Counted from the stretch's first letter, positions 1 to 8,936 are shown. The stretch is 48,903 nt of DNA from Patescibacteria group bacterium (GCA_038062455.1 JBBTXE010000001.1:7468-56370); one strand, 5' to 3'. The notes: generated by a model from the letters alone, not told the origin. Numbers and translations are program-made.

Positions 1-27
1 TATGCCCCCGAAGGGGGAGAGGGGTTT
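1..27 (+). repeat. Partial copy of the DUF559-associated palindromic repeat, in frame in dnaG
   Basis: gcccccgaagggggagaggggttt has the same GGGGAGAGGGGTTT tail as the copies at 17258-17343 and 48151-48205; reads NPSPPSGA in DnaG. Confidence 0.75.
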
Positions 28-1316
28 GTCACCACTTTTATCAATTCGCTTTCCACTGCCGTTGTTTCCGTCCCCAACACTGCCGCCAACTTTTTTAAAT
101 AATCCGACCTAATCACCGCGTTTCTGATTCGGGAAATAAAAGGCAGAACCCTTTTTAGGATCTCCCTTTTTCCTCTTATGGTTTCGACTCCAAAACTGGT
201 TACTGTCGAATTGATGACAAAATCCCAAATCGGTATCGCCTCTTTAATCATTTTTTTAAATTCCTCCGGATTGTCCCGCGCTGCCTCATCGGGGTCTTTA
301 TATTTTTTCAAAAGCTCCACCACTTTTATTTCAAATTCCAACTTTTCGGCCATTTCAATACTACGGATAACCGCGTTGTTACCGGCAAAATCCGAATCCA
401 GTGCCAAAATTAAAATATCAGTGTAGCGACGTAGAAGTTGGAGCTGCTCCTCGGTAAAGGCCGTTCCCTTAATTGCCACAATATTTTCTATCCCTGCCAT
501 AAAAGGAGTTATCATGTCAAATTCCCCCTCCACTACTACTACTGCTTGCTCCCGCCTAATTGCTTCCCGGGCTAAATTCAGGCCGTAAACCGTTTGACTT
601 TTGTGATAAAGTTCCGTTTCCGGCGAATTGATATATTTTGCCTGTTCGGCTTTAGCCCCCGGCAATACTCTTCCTGAAAAGCCGATTATCCGCTCTCGAA
701 AATCAATTAAGGGAAATGTCAACCGGCCATTGAAACGGTCATACAATTTTTTCCCCCCATATTGACTCCAGCCAAAGGTCCCAGTCCAAACCATTTCTTC
801 TTCGCCAAAGCCCTTCTTTTTTAAATAGGCCGTTATCAGTCTTGAATCAGCCGGGGAAAATCCGATTTGAAATTTTTTCACCATCTTCCCATTAATCCCT
901 CTTTTGTCTATATATTCTCTGGCGGCTTTTCCCAAACCGTGACTGGTCAGCATATAGTGATAAAACTTTGCCGTTTCCCTATTAACCGCCAAAATTCTTT
1001 TTTTTCGCCCCTCTCCCTTAGTGTCCTGATATGAATTTACCAGTTTCACTCCGGCCACTTTTGCCATTTCTTCCAATGCTTCCCGAAAATCTATCCGGTT
1101 GAATTCTTGAACAAAAGAAAAAACATCACCGGCTTTACCACAACCAAAACACTTATAAATCTGCAGTTCCGGGCTAACTATAAATGACGGGGTTTTTTCC
1201 TGATGAAAAGGGCAATTGGCTACAAAATGTCGTCCCCGTTTTTTTAACGGCAGCAATCGGTTAATTACCTCGACAATATCCAGCTTTTTTTTAATTTCCT
1301 CAACCTGATTCTCCAC
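3..1316 (-). CDS. dnaG: DNA primase (3' end runs off the window)
   Basis: Manual translation from GTG at 1316: ENQVEEIKKKLDIVEVI...CPFHQEKTPSF...YKCFGCG zinc finger; TOPRIM segment VAIKGTAFTEEQLQLLRRY. Absent from the ORF track because there is no stop in the window. Confidence 0.95.
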   Translation of the reverse strand, partial: MENQVEEIKKKLDIVEVINRLLPLKKRGRHFVANCPFHQEKTPSFIVSPELQIYKCFGCGKAGDVFSFVQEFNRIDFREALEEMAKVAGVKLVNSYQDTKGEGRKKRILAVNRETAKFYHYMLTSHGLGKAAREYIDKRGINGKMVKKFQIGFSPADSRLITAYLKKKGFGEEEMVWTGTFGWSQYGGKKLYDRFNGRLTFPLIDFRERIIGFSGRVLPGAKAEQAKYINSPETELYHKSQTVYGLNLAREAIRREQAVVVVEGEFDMITPFMAGIENIVAIKGTAFTEEQLQLLRRYTDILILALDSDFAGNNAVIRSIEMAEKLEFEIKVVELLKKYKDPDEAARDNPEEFKKMIKEAIPIWDFVINSTVTSFGVETIRGKREILKRVLPFISRIRNAVIRSDYLKKLAAVLGTETTAVESELIKVVTNPSPPSGA

Positions 1317-1331
1317 TGCCCTATTTTAACA

Positions 1332-1586
1332 TCAATACACATTCCCCCTAAAATCTATTTCCGAAATATAAATTATTTTACCGATTTGTTCGTAAATAAT
1401 TCGCAAATTACCTACCCTAATTCGAAAAAATTTTCCCTTCGGCAATCTTAATTTCTTTATATTTATATGTTCTGTTTTATTTAGTTCCAGCAACCCGATA
1501 GCTCTGGCAACTTTTTCTTTTTCCTGACTGGGTAGTTGAGAAAAACGTTTCTTAGCTTTTTGGTCGAACAGTATATTTAATCCCAT
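1332..1586 (-). CDS. RelE/ParE family toxin
   Basis: 84 aa basic protein with FFRIRVGNLRIIY and IDFRGNVY motifs; overlaps the upstream antitoxin. Confidence 0.85.
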   Translation of the reverse strand: MGLNILFDQKAKKRFSQLPSQEKEKVARAIGLLELNKTEHINIKKLRLPKGKFFRIRVGNLRIIYEQIGKIIYISEIDFRGNVY

Positions 1587-1854
1587 TTTCTTTTAATACC
1601 TGTTTAAAACTCACCGCCCCTTGATGTCGTTTAGCATCAGATTCCAGCTCCAGAGCCCGTAGTTCGTCTTGATAATCTTCAATCATTTCCAACATTTCAT
1701 TATATTTTTCCGGATCCAACACAATTGCTTTTGGTACCGACCCCCGAAACAGATACAATGGACCATCCAATTTCTTAACCGTTTCCAAAATTGAATCCGG
1801 ATTTGTCCGAAAGTCGGTAATATTTCTGGTATTGTTTACGGTTGGTACTAACAT
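1552..1854 (-). CDS. Phd/YefM family antitoxin
   Basis: N-terminal NITDFRTNPDSILETVKK...PLYLFRGSVPKAIVL and acidic C-terminus; TTGACA upstream on the minus strand (1884-1889). Confidence 0.75.
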   Translation of the reverse strand: MLVPTVNNTRNITDFRTNPDSILETVKKLDGPLYLFRGSVPKAIVLDPEKYNEMLEMIEDYQDELRALELESDAKRHQGAVSFKQVLKENGIKYTVRPKS

Positions 1855-1916
1855 AAGATAAATCTAACATTTTTCTAACTATTTGTCAATGATATATTGG
1901 TGTTAAAATATTCCAG

Positions 1917-2978
1917 ATGGATGCCAAACAAACTTTAACAAATTTTGTCCCCCTCATTGACGAAAAGCTAAAGGAATTCTGGGATCAGGAAATTAAGGAA
2001 AACTTTGGTTTTAATCAAAAACAAAAAGATTTAGTCAAAAAGATCTTACTTCATTCCCGCGAACACAATTTAGGTTCCGCCAAACGCCTCCGTGCCTCCT
2101 TTGTTTATTATGCTTATTTGCTCGGCTCCAGTTCCGTCGATGAACGAATATGGGCTCCGGCCATTTCTGTCGAGCTGGTTCATACTGCTATTTTAATGCA
2201 CGATGATGTTATGGATCAAGATGACCTTCGTCGCGGTCTTCCCACCACTCATCGTTTTTTCGAAAACAATGACCCTCATTACGGCGAATCAATGGCAATT
2301 AACGTTGGCGACATTCTTCAGGCCTTTGGCTACCAACAGCTGTTAAACTCTCGCTTCCCTCCCAAATTTGTTATTCCCGCCACCAACAAGCTCCTTGATG
2401 GCATCACCCTTACCGGTTACGGTCAGGCTTTTGATGTTTCTCTCCAAAAATTTTCCACTTGGGATGAAGATGATGTTATCAAGGTTCACCAAGCTAAAAC
2501 CGCCATTTATACTTACGAAAATCCACTTCATATCGGTGCCTATCTAGCCGGTCTTGATAAGTCGGTTTTAGACATCTTAACCCAATATTCTCTCGATGGG
2601 GGAGTCGCCTTTCAGCTCCAGGATGATGTTTTGGGCGTTTTTGGGGATCCGGAAAAGACTGGAAAATCAGCCGATTCTGATTTATTGCAGGGTAAATGTA
2701 CTCTATTAATATTTAAAACTTTTCAAGACGGTACTACCGCTCAAATTGCCGCCCTAAAAAAAGTCTGGGGTAAAAGACAAGCCGATAAAATCGACCTCGA
2801 ACTGGCCAAAAAAGCCATTGTCGACAGCGGCTCACTCGATTACTCCCGAAAAATATCCCAAGAATATGCCGCCAAAGCCGTCAAAACTGCCGAAAAATTA
2901 AGAAGTCTAAGTCTAAATTCAGAAGCTATCGACTATATTCAAGGAATTGCCGAATATATGGTCAATCGCGATCCCTAA
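1917..2978 (+). CDS. Trans-polyprenyl diphosphate synthase (IspA/GGPPS family)
   Basis: FARM HDDVMDQDDLRRG, SARM FQLQDDVLG, KTA motif. Confidence 0.93.
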   Translation: MDAKQTLTNFVPLIDEKLKEFWDQEIKENFGFNQKQKDLVKKILLHSREHNLGSAKRLRASFVYYAYLLGSSSVDERIWAPAISVELVHTAILMHDDVMDQDDLRRGLPTTHRFFENNDPHYGESMAINVGDILQAFGYQQLLNSRFPPKFVIPATNKLLDGITLTGYGQAFDVSLQKFSTWDEDDVIKVHQAKTAIYTYENPLHIGAYLAGLDKSVLDILTQYSLDGGVAFQLQDDVLGVFGDPEKTGKSADSDLLQGKCTLLIFKTFQDGTTAQIAALKKVWGKRQADKIDLELAKKAIVDSGSLDYSRKISQEYAAKAVKTAEKLRSLSLNSEAIDYIQGIAEYMVNRDP

Positions 2979-2990
2979 ATTTTGTGTATT

Positions 2991-3054
2991 ACCCTCCTTG
3001 TAAGTCCTTAGATCCTCTTTAGAGGAGGAGGGTGGCCATAGGCCGGGTGGGTTT
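2991..3054 (+). repeat. Palindromic repeat family copy with GTCCTTAGATCCTC core, between convergent genes
   Basis: ccctccttgtaagtccttagatcctctttagaggaggagggtggccataggccgggtgggttt; shares ttgtaagtccttagatcctctttag with the DUF559 direct repeats. Confidence 0.85.
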
Positions 3055-4195
3055 AGACTTGAGCTGATTCAGTATCAGGCTCGCCTGCCGGCGAGGCAGG
3101 GGTGGTTTTTTCTTTCGCTCCCGCCCTCACCAAAATCCGGTCAAAGGTATAAGGTGACAAAATATAAAGAATTTCAAAAGTCGCCACCGACAGCTCAAAG
3201 GCGCAGGGGATGTGGTTGGTAATCAGAAAAGCCCCAATCCCTAAAATCACCGCGTTTCTAAAACTTCGCTCCATCTTTTCCTTAAACACTTTATAGATAA
3301 TGTCATCCGGCACCCCTCTTTTTTTGGCAATTTCAATATCAATTCGGTGTCGGATATAACTGGCATGCATAACAGTCAGAAAGGTCCCGATAGCGGTGAT
3401 GGTATTCATGGTCGTGTTTTGCCTGGTTAAATCAGCTATCAGCCACCATGGAGCAAATTGAGTGGGAATATTTCGGAGGATTATAATCGACAGTACCAAC
3501 AGTGTTCCTCCGAAACCACCAATGGTAAACAACAGTCGGTTATAACCGATTCGAGCCGTCAGTATCTTTTTATTTTTTGCCAAAAATAGCTTGCCCATTC
3601 TCCATAATAGTTTTAGTATCGCCAGAAATACCGTAATCCCGACCCAGATTAAAAAAATCGTTGACCACTTTAGGGCTACGGTATCTGTTATTTTAAAAAA
3701 CGGAAAATTAAAGTTTGTTCCCACCAGTGGATATTCGGGGTAGGGGATGAATTTATAGAGATAGTTAGGATTCAATTTTTGAGTATAAAAATCAATCAAA
3801 AATATTCTTCCAGCCGAGAAAAAAGCAATTGCGTTGACCACAAAACTAAAAACGTAGAAGACTATGGTCGGGTCGCCTCTTTTTACCCTCTCGGTAAACA
3901 AAAAATATTGTCTATCCTCCTTAGTTTTTTCCAGTTCCTCTTCAAAGTCTTTAAACGAATCTGACAATCTCATGCCGATAAACCGCAGTGGTAAAAAAAC
4001 TATATTTTGGACGATTCCGATTAATAGTACCGACACCCAAACCTGCCCGGTGATGCTGTAAAGTCCAAAAAAAGCGCTGGCATACAGCCGAAAACTTCCC
4101 CCCTTAAAAAACCAAATCAATATCCAAATCAAGAAAATAATTAACAAGGAGGTCAGCAACGGCATTACTTTTTTGGTGGTCTTATCGGTCTTCAC
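3053..4195 (-). CDS. Multi-pass membrane protein, weakly YidC/Oxa1-like
   Basis: Several hydrophobic segments; VWVSVLLIGIVQNIVFLPLR followed by a charged helical segment resembles YidC TM1/C1. Confidence 0.55.
   Translation of the reverse strand: MKTDKTTKKVMPLLTSLLIIFLIWILIWFFKGGSFRLYASAFFGLYSITGQVWVSVLLIGIVQNIVFLPLRFIGMRLSDSFKDFEEELEKTKEDRQYFLFTERVKRGDPTIVFYVFSFVVNAIAFFSAGRIFLIDFYTQKLNPNYLYKFIPYPEYPLVGTNFNFPFFKITDTVALKWSTIFLIWVGITVFLAILKLLWRMGKLFLAKNKKILTARIGYNRLLFTIGGFGGTLLVLSIIILRNIPTQFAPWWLIADLTRQNTTMNTITAIGTFLTVMHASYIRHRIDIEIAKKRGVPDDIIYKVFKEKMERSFRNAVILGIGAFLITNHIPCAFELSVATFEILYILSPYTFDRILVRAGAKEKTTPASPAGEPDTESAQV
3082..3100 (-). repeat. CCTGCC..GGCAGG palindromic mini-repeat (PASPAG), in frame
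   Basis: Exact 19-bp reverse complement of 22075-22093. Confidence 0.75.
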
Positions 4196-4235
4196 TCTGT
4201 TGGAATTATAGCAACTTTAGCCTATACTGTTTTTA

Positions 4236-4610
4236 ATGCCCGAAGCCAAGGAAAGAAAGGAAAATCAAGTCGAAACATCTCTTCCCGAGGAAATTGTTAA
4301 ACCACGACTGGTCGATCTTGACACCGGTAAAGAAACTTTGATCCCCCGGGAAATTAAAACCTGGATGGAAAAGGTAGAGGAAGCCGGTAATTTCGGCCCC
4401 CAGGTCAATGACGATACCGGTCAACCTCTATTGAGTTCTTCCCCGTCTCCTTCTCCCAAAATTATCCTGCCTATCACCCGCGCCTCTTTTTTAGCTGGTT
4501 TTCAAAAAACTATTTCTGACGCCGGCCACTGGCTTTCCCGCTTTATTCTCCGTTTTATTAAAATAAAAAAAGGTCAGGTAACCTTTCGAACTCCAAAAAA
4601 TGAACCCTAA
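4236..4610 (+). CDS. Hypothetical protein, overlaps the start of the ATPase gene
   Basis: 124 aa ORF, TATACT 7 nt before ATG, overlaps the next gene by 11 nt. Confidence 0.7.
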   Translation: MPEAKERKENQVETSLPEEIVKPRLVDLDTGKETLIPREIKTWMEKVEEAGNFGPQVNDDTGQPLLSSSPSPSPKIILPITRASFLAGFQKTISDAGHWLSRFILRFIKIKKGQVTFRTPKNEP

Positions 4611-6933
4611 TCCTCTACTTACTACTATTTCCGGTCTGGCGTTTACAGTCTTTACCGGCTTAATTGTTGCCCTTTTACTTCTTTTTTTGTTTTATGCTTT
4701 TATTCTTTGGTACCGCTGGCGTGACCGGGAGAAAAAATCTCTGGAACTCATCACCTTACTTGTCGCTATTCCCCAGGATAATGAGGTCAAAATTGATGCC
4801 ACCGAACAAATTATCGGGTCATTAAGTAGCCTCTATCATTCAACCCGTTTTAAATTCTTGCAGGTGTTTGTCTCCCAGCCGAGCCTGTCTTTAGAAATCA
4901 TCGGCACCCGTCAGGACATCAAGTTTTATATCTGCATCCCCAAGAAGTATCAGGATCTGGTCGAAAAACAAATATATAGTGTTTACGCTGGCGCCGACGT
5001 CAGATCCGTTGAGGAACCTTCTCTCTTTACCGAAAACGGCAAAGTTGAATATGCCTGGCTTGGGCTAAAAAAATTACCTTTCTATCCGCTAAAAACCTAC
5101 AAAGAAATTCCCACCGACCCGCTGGCTTCCATCACCTCTGTTTTATCAAAATTAAATGAAGGCGAAACCACTGCCGTTCAATTAGTGGTTTCCCCCGCCG
5201 ATTCCTCCTGGTCTAAATCCGGCCGCTCCTATATCAGCAATACTAAAAAAAGCGAAAGCAATTCGCAAATCGCTTCCTACAAAGTCGACGCCCGTCAGCT
5301 TGAGGCCATTGAGGCCAAATCCAACAAACCTGGTTTTGAAGTCGCCCTTCGCTTGGTCTCCGTTGCTCCGACGATTGAAATTGCCAAAGTCAATTTAAGC
5401 AACTTAAAAGCCTGTTTTTCCCAATTTGAATCCCCTTGGAATAAATTGAGCAGCCGAAAAATATATTTAAAGAGTTTTTTTGTCGACGATTTTATTTACA
5501 AATACCCCGTCATTTTTTGGTGGAAAGGTAAAACTATTTTTTCTACCGACGAAATTGCCTCCATTTTTCATTTCCCCAACAAAACCATCGAAACCCCCAA
5601 TATCTATTGGCTCAAATCCAAAAAAGCCCCCTCTCCCCCCGATTCTCCCCAAGAAGGCCTCTACGTCGGCGACAATGTTTATCGGGGTGCCAGCAGCAAA
5701 TTTTGTCTGACTCAAACTGACCGCCAGCGTCATTTTTATATTGTCGGCCAAACCGGTGTTGGAAAATCTTGGCTCTTGGCTGACATGGCCCTCCAGGATA
5801 TTAAGGCCGGCAAAGGGGTTTGTTTTATCGATCCTCACGATACCTATGAAAGTATTTTGGAGCGAATTCCCCCCGAGCGGATTGAGGACGTTATCTATTT
5901 TGACCCCTCCCTTACCGAACGCCCTATGGGTTTCAACGTTATGGAATGCGACCGCGAAGACCAAAAAGATTTCGTCACTTCTTCCATTATTAATTTGATG
6001 TATAAACTCTACGACCCTTACAAAACCGGCATTGTCGGCCCCCGTTTTGAACACGCGATCCGCAATATCATGTTAACCGTCATGACCGAACCCGGCGCCA
6101 CCTTTATTGAGGTGGTTCGCTGTCTGACCGACCCTTCCTTTGTTCAATACCTCATGCCCAAGATAAAAGACCCCATGGTCCGGCGCTATTGGACCGATCA
6201 GATTGCCCAAACCAGTGACTTTCACAAATCGGAAGTTCTGGATTATATCGTTTCCAAATTCGGCCGCTTTATTACCAATACCATGATGCGCAACATTATT
6301 GGCCAATCCACCTCCTCCTTTAACTTTCGCCAAGCTATGGATCAGGGCAAGATTTTAATAATTAATCTGGCCAAAGGTTCAATTGGCGAGGAAAATTCAG
6401 CCTTTTTAGGGTTGGTTCTCATCCCCAAAATCCTAATTGCCGCCATGAGCCGTCAGGATACCCCCGAAGCCAATCGGCGCGATTTCTATCTCTATGTTGA
6501 CGAGTTTCAAAATTTTGCCACCCAGGACTTTGCCGTCATTATGTCCGAAGCCCGCAAGTACCATTTAAATCTTTGTGTCGCCAACCAATTTATTTCCCAA
6601 ATGGATGATGAGGTTAAAAATGCTGTTTTTGGCAATGTCGGTTCAATTTGCAGCTTCCGCGTCGGTATTTCCGATGCCGGTTTTCTCATCCGCCAGTTCC
6701 AGCCTACCTTTAGCGAACATGATTTATTAAACCTTGGTACCGGCGAAATTTATCTCAAAACCATGATCAATGGTGTTCCTAAAGATCCTTTCTCTCTTCA
6801 TGTCGCCGCCGTTGAAAAACAAAAACCCGGCAACCCCAAAATGTCGGAAATGATCAAAAAACTGTCCTCTCTCAAATACGGTCGCCCCAAAGCCATTGTC
6901 GAATCCGACATCGCCAAACGCGCCCGACTTTAA
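4600..6933 (+). CDS. VirD4/TraG-TraD-like (HerA/FtsK superfamily) membrane-anchored ATPase
   Basis: N-terminal TM, Walker A GQTGVGKS, Walker B LYVDEFQNF, EARKY and ANQ motifs. Confidence 0.88.
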   Translation: MNPNPLLTTISGLAFTVFTGLIVALLLLFLFYAFILWYRWRDREKKSLELITLLVAIPQDNEVKIDATEQIIGSLSSLYHSTRFKFLQVFVSQPSLSLEIIGTRQDIKFYICIPKKYQDLVEKQIYSVYAGADVRSVEEPSLFTENGKVEYAWLGLKKLPFYPLKTYKEIPTDPLASITSVLSKLNEGETTAVQLVVSPADSSWSKSGRSYISNTKKSESNSQIASYKVDARQLEAIEAKSNKPGFEVALRLVSVAPTIEIAKVNLSNLKACFSQFESPWNKLSSRKIYLKSFFVDDFIYKYPVIFWWKGKTIFSTDEIASIFHFPNKTIETPNIYWLKSKKAPSPPDSPQEGLYVGDNVYRGASSKFCLTQTDRQRHFYIVGQTGVGKSWLLADMALQDIKAGKGVCFIDPHDTYESILERIPPERIEDVIYFDPSLTERPMGFNVMECDREDQKDFVTSSIINLMYKLYDPYKTGIVGPRFEHAIRNIMLTVMTEPGATFIEVVRCLTDPSFVQYLMPKIKDPMVRRYWTDQIAQTSDFHKSEVLDYIVSKFGRFITNTMMRNIIGQSTSSFNFRQAMDQGKILIINLAKGSIGEENSAFLGLVLIPKILIAAMSRQDTPEANRRDFYLYVDEFQNFATQDFAVIMSEARKYHLNLCVANQFISQMDDEVKNAVFGNVGSICSFRVGISDAGFLIRQFQPTFSEHDLLNLGTGEIYLKTMINGVPKDPFSLHVAAVEKQKPGNPKMSEMIKKLSSLKYGRPKAIVESDIAKRARL

Positions 6934-7169
6934 CCGTTTCTAGATGTATCTCGTGCCCTAATTGCTTCAATCGCCAATCCAAGCATAAACACCCTACCAG
7001 GTACTTGAACACAACAGTTTCGTTCGCTCCTACCTATCGGAGCACAACCCTTTCTTGGTAGTGCCATATCACTTAACGTGTACAATTCTTTTTTTTGTAC
7101 ACACACAATGCTTCCGTCGGAGGCGATAGTTAAGAAATCACAAGGAACTTCATTAAATGTTTTTTTCAT
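6930..7169 (-). CDS. Small Cys-containing hypothetical protein
   Basis: 79 aa ORF that exactly fills the gap downstream of the recombinase. Confidence 0.45.
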   Translation of the reverse strand: MKKTFNEVPCDFLTIASDGSIVCVQKKELYTLSDMALPRKGCAPIGRSERNCCVQVPGRVFMLGLAIEAIRARDTSRNG

Positions 7170-7182
7170 TTTTTAATTGTTT

Positions 7183-8052
7183 TTACAATTCTCTTAATTT
7201 AATTCCCCTCGATTCTTCTTTATTATCAATCAATTCCAAATATTTTTCAGTAGTCGAAATCCGCTTGTGCCCCACTACCTGTGACACCACATCAATCGGC
7301 ACTCCCGATTTTAGCTGGTAAACAATAAAAGTATTCCGCAAATCATTAACCTTAATCCCCTTAATATCAGCCTTATTAAAGTAACGATTCAAAAGGCTTC
7401 TAATGTTGCGCGACAGTAGCACTCTTCCGGTCTTGGTAATAAACACATTTTTACCCTTGCTTTCCCCTCGAACATCAGTAATGTAGCGCTTCAAGGCCAC
7501 CTTGGCCGAATTATTGAGAGGCACGATTCGCTCCGGGTGGCTCTCATAACTTTCAATCACTATCTCATTTTCCCTCACCTGTTCCAGCTTCAAATTTTCA
7601 ATTTCCTTAATCCGCAACCCTGCCTGAAGCATCAGCTCTACAATCGCTGTAGCCCGGATATCATTCCGGCAGGCATCCCGCAGAGACCGGTATTCAATCG
7701 GTTTTAAAATCTTTGGCGCCTCATTTTCGTATTTAGGATGCTTAATTTCGCTTGATGGGTCAATAGAAACCAGCCCTTCTCCTTTAAGATACGAAAAAAA
7801 GTTTTTAATCGAATTTAACTTCCGGGAGACTGACTTAGCGGTATAGCCGTTGTCTGAAAGGTCCTTTTTAAAATCCTCGACACTTTTGGCCGTCACCCCA
7901 TCCAAAGTGGTAATACTACACTTTGAGCTCAAAAAGCCAATTAATTGGTTGATGTCGCCTTTATAGGCTACAATGGTATTAACCGATTTGCCACGTGTTG
8001 ACAGCGAGTCGCCGAATTTATTTAAGGCCTCATTAAGGGATAAAACAGTCAT
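7183..8052 (-). CDS. XerC/XerD-like tyrosine recombinase
   Basis: SAM-like N-terminal domain (TIVAYKGDI, SVSRKLNSIKNFF), GLRIKE, NDLRNTF, GHKRISTTEKY. Confidence 0.9.
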   Translation of the reverse strand: MTVLSLNEALNKFGDSLSTRGKSVNTIVAYKGDINQLIGFLSSKCSITTLDGVTAKSVEDFKKDLSDNGYTAKSVSRKLNSIKNFFSYLKGEGLVSIDPSSEIKHPKYENEAPKILKPIEYRSLRDACRNDIRATAIVELMLQAGLRIKEIENLKLEQVRENEIVIESYESHPERIVPLNNSAKVALKRYITDVRGESKGKNVFITKTGRVLLSRNIRSLLNRYFNKADIKGIKVNDLRNTFIVYQLKSGVPIDVVSQVVGHKRISTTEKYLELIDNKEESRGIKLREL

Positions 8053-8106
8053 ATTGCTTTAATTAATATCTTATAGTACCACGTATTAGGCCACATATCA
8101 ACCAAA

Positions 8107-8286
8107 ATGTTAAAAAACCTGACTATCCGCCTAATCCTTATTACCATCATTATTTCCTCTATTTTAGCCATCAGCCGCCAGCTGTCTATCATTATCAGCG
8201 CCCGTCAGTCAATCCGCGATCTCGAAACTAAAATAAGTAATCTCGAAAAACAAAACCAGCAATTGGAGTCAGCTACCAAAGACTAA
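8107..8286 (+). CDS. Short FtsB/DivIC-like protein (TM + coiled coil), 59 aa
   Basis: MLKNLTIRLILITIIISSILAISRQLSIIISARQSIRDLETKISNLEKQNQQLESATKD; below the ORF-track cutoff. Confidence 0.5.
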   Translation: MLKNLTIRLILITIIISSILAISRQLSIIISARQSIRDLETKISNLEKQNQQLESATKD

Positions 8287-8517
8287 AAACTCTCTGATTA
8301 CTCTTCTACCCATACTGGTCTTTAAGTATTTTTCCCTATCTTCAGCGTCTTTTATGACTAAATACGCTTCATAATAAATTAGTTTAAAAGGCTTTCTTGG
8401 GGCGGTAGAAAAATTTTTACCAGAATTATGTTCTATTAATCTTCTTTTGAGATCAGAAGTTGTTCCCGTATAGAAGTTATTATCTTTTAGGGATTGAAGA
8501 ATATAGAGATAGTGCCT
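8269..8517 (-). pseudogene. GIY-YIG nuclease (UPF0213/YazA-like) lacking a start codon
   Basis: Open frame HYLYILQSLKDNNFYTGTTSDLKRRLIEHNSGKNFSTAPRKPFKLIYYEAY...AEDREKYLKT; expected start reads AGG, with an in-frame TAA upstream. Confidence 0.8.
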
Positions 8518-8589
8518 GGGGTTATTATATGTTTTTCGGGGGTATTATGTCTTGCTTTGCAATACACCACCCCCGTGGGGACGGAACAT

Positions 8590-8616
8590 AAAAAGCTCCT
8601 TTTCAGGAGCTTTTTT
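8590..8616. terminator. Bidirectional intrinsic terminator downstream of the minus-strand tRNA-Met
   Basis: AAAAA-GCTCCT-TTTC-AGGAGC-TTTTTT; stem extends via GGGGAC(8577)/GTCCCC(8629). Confidence 0.8.
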
Positions 8617-8631
8617 GTTTAATGTCCCCAG

Positions 8632-8701
8632 TTGCGGGGCCAGGAGTTGAACCTGGCCTGTGAGATTATGAGCCTCACGTGCAGCCGTACACTACCCCGC
8701 A
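8632..8701 (-). tRNA. tRNA-Met(CAT), initiator-like; CCA not encoded
   Basis: TGCGGGG/CCCCGCA acceptor stem, TGAGG-CTCATAA-TCTCA anticodon arm, CCAGG-TTCAACT-CCTGG T arm. Confidence 0.88.
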
Positions 8702-8814
8702 TGTCAAAGAGCCCAAAAGTATAACATTTTTCGGATTTATATTGAAATATTGATATAATTCCCCTAGCTGTGGCAGGCTCGCCTTGCCGCAGCGACACAA
8801 TGCAGAACGAAGGG

Positions 8815-8860
8815 TCGCCTACGCTAAACCTGCCTGCCAGCAGGCAGGGCTTCGGCGGAC
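8815..8860 (+). repeat. Nested palindromic repeats upstream of the tRNA pair
   Basis: gtcgcctacgctaaa[cctgcctgccagcaggcagg]gcttcggcggac: a 20-bp palindrome inside a larger imperfect hairpin. Confidence 0.6.
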
Positions 8861-8862
8861 CA

Positions 8863-8936
8863 GGCAGGGTAGCTCAGTTGGTTAGAGCACGGCATTCATA
8901 ACGCCGTGGTCGCGGGTTCAAGTCCCGCCCCTGCTA
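8863..8936 (+). tRNA. tRNA-Met(CAT), probably elongator
   Basis: GGCAGGG/CCCTGCT acceptor, TAGCTCAGTTGGTTAGAGC D arm, anticodon loop TTCATAA, GGTTCAAGTCC. Confidence 0.9.

Noticed and set aside
178-426. 82-aa plus-strand ORF
   Set aside because: Antisense shadow of dnaG.
5467-6689. Alternative-frame and antisense ORFs inside the ATPase (likewise those inside trpS, rplY, metG, gatAB, the helicases, dnaK and dnaJ)
   Set aside because: Fully overlap well-supported genes and show no motifs.
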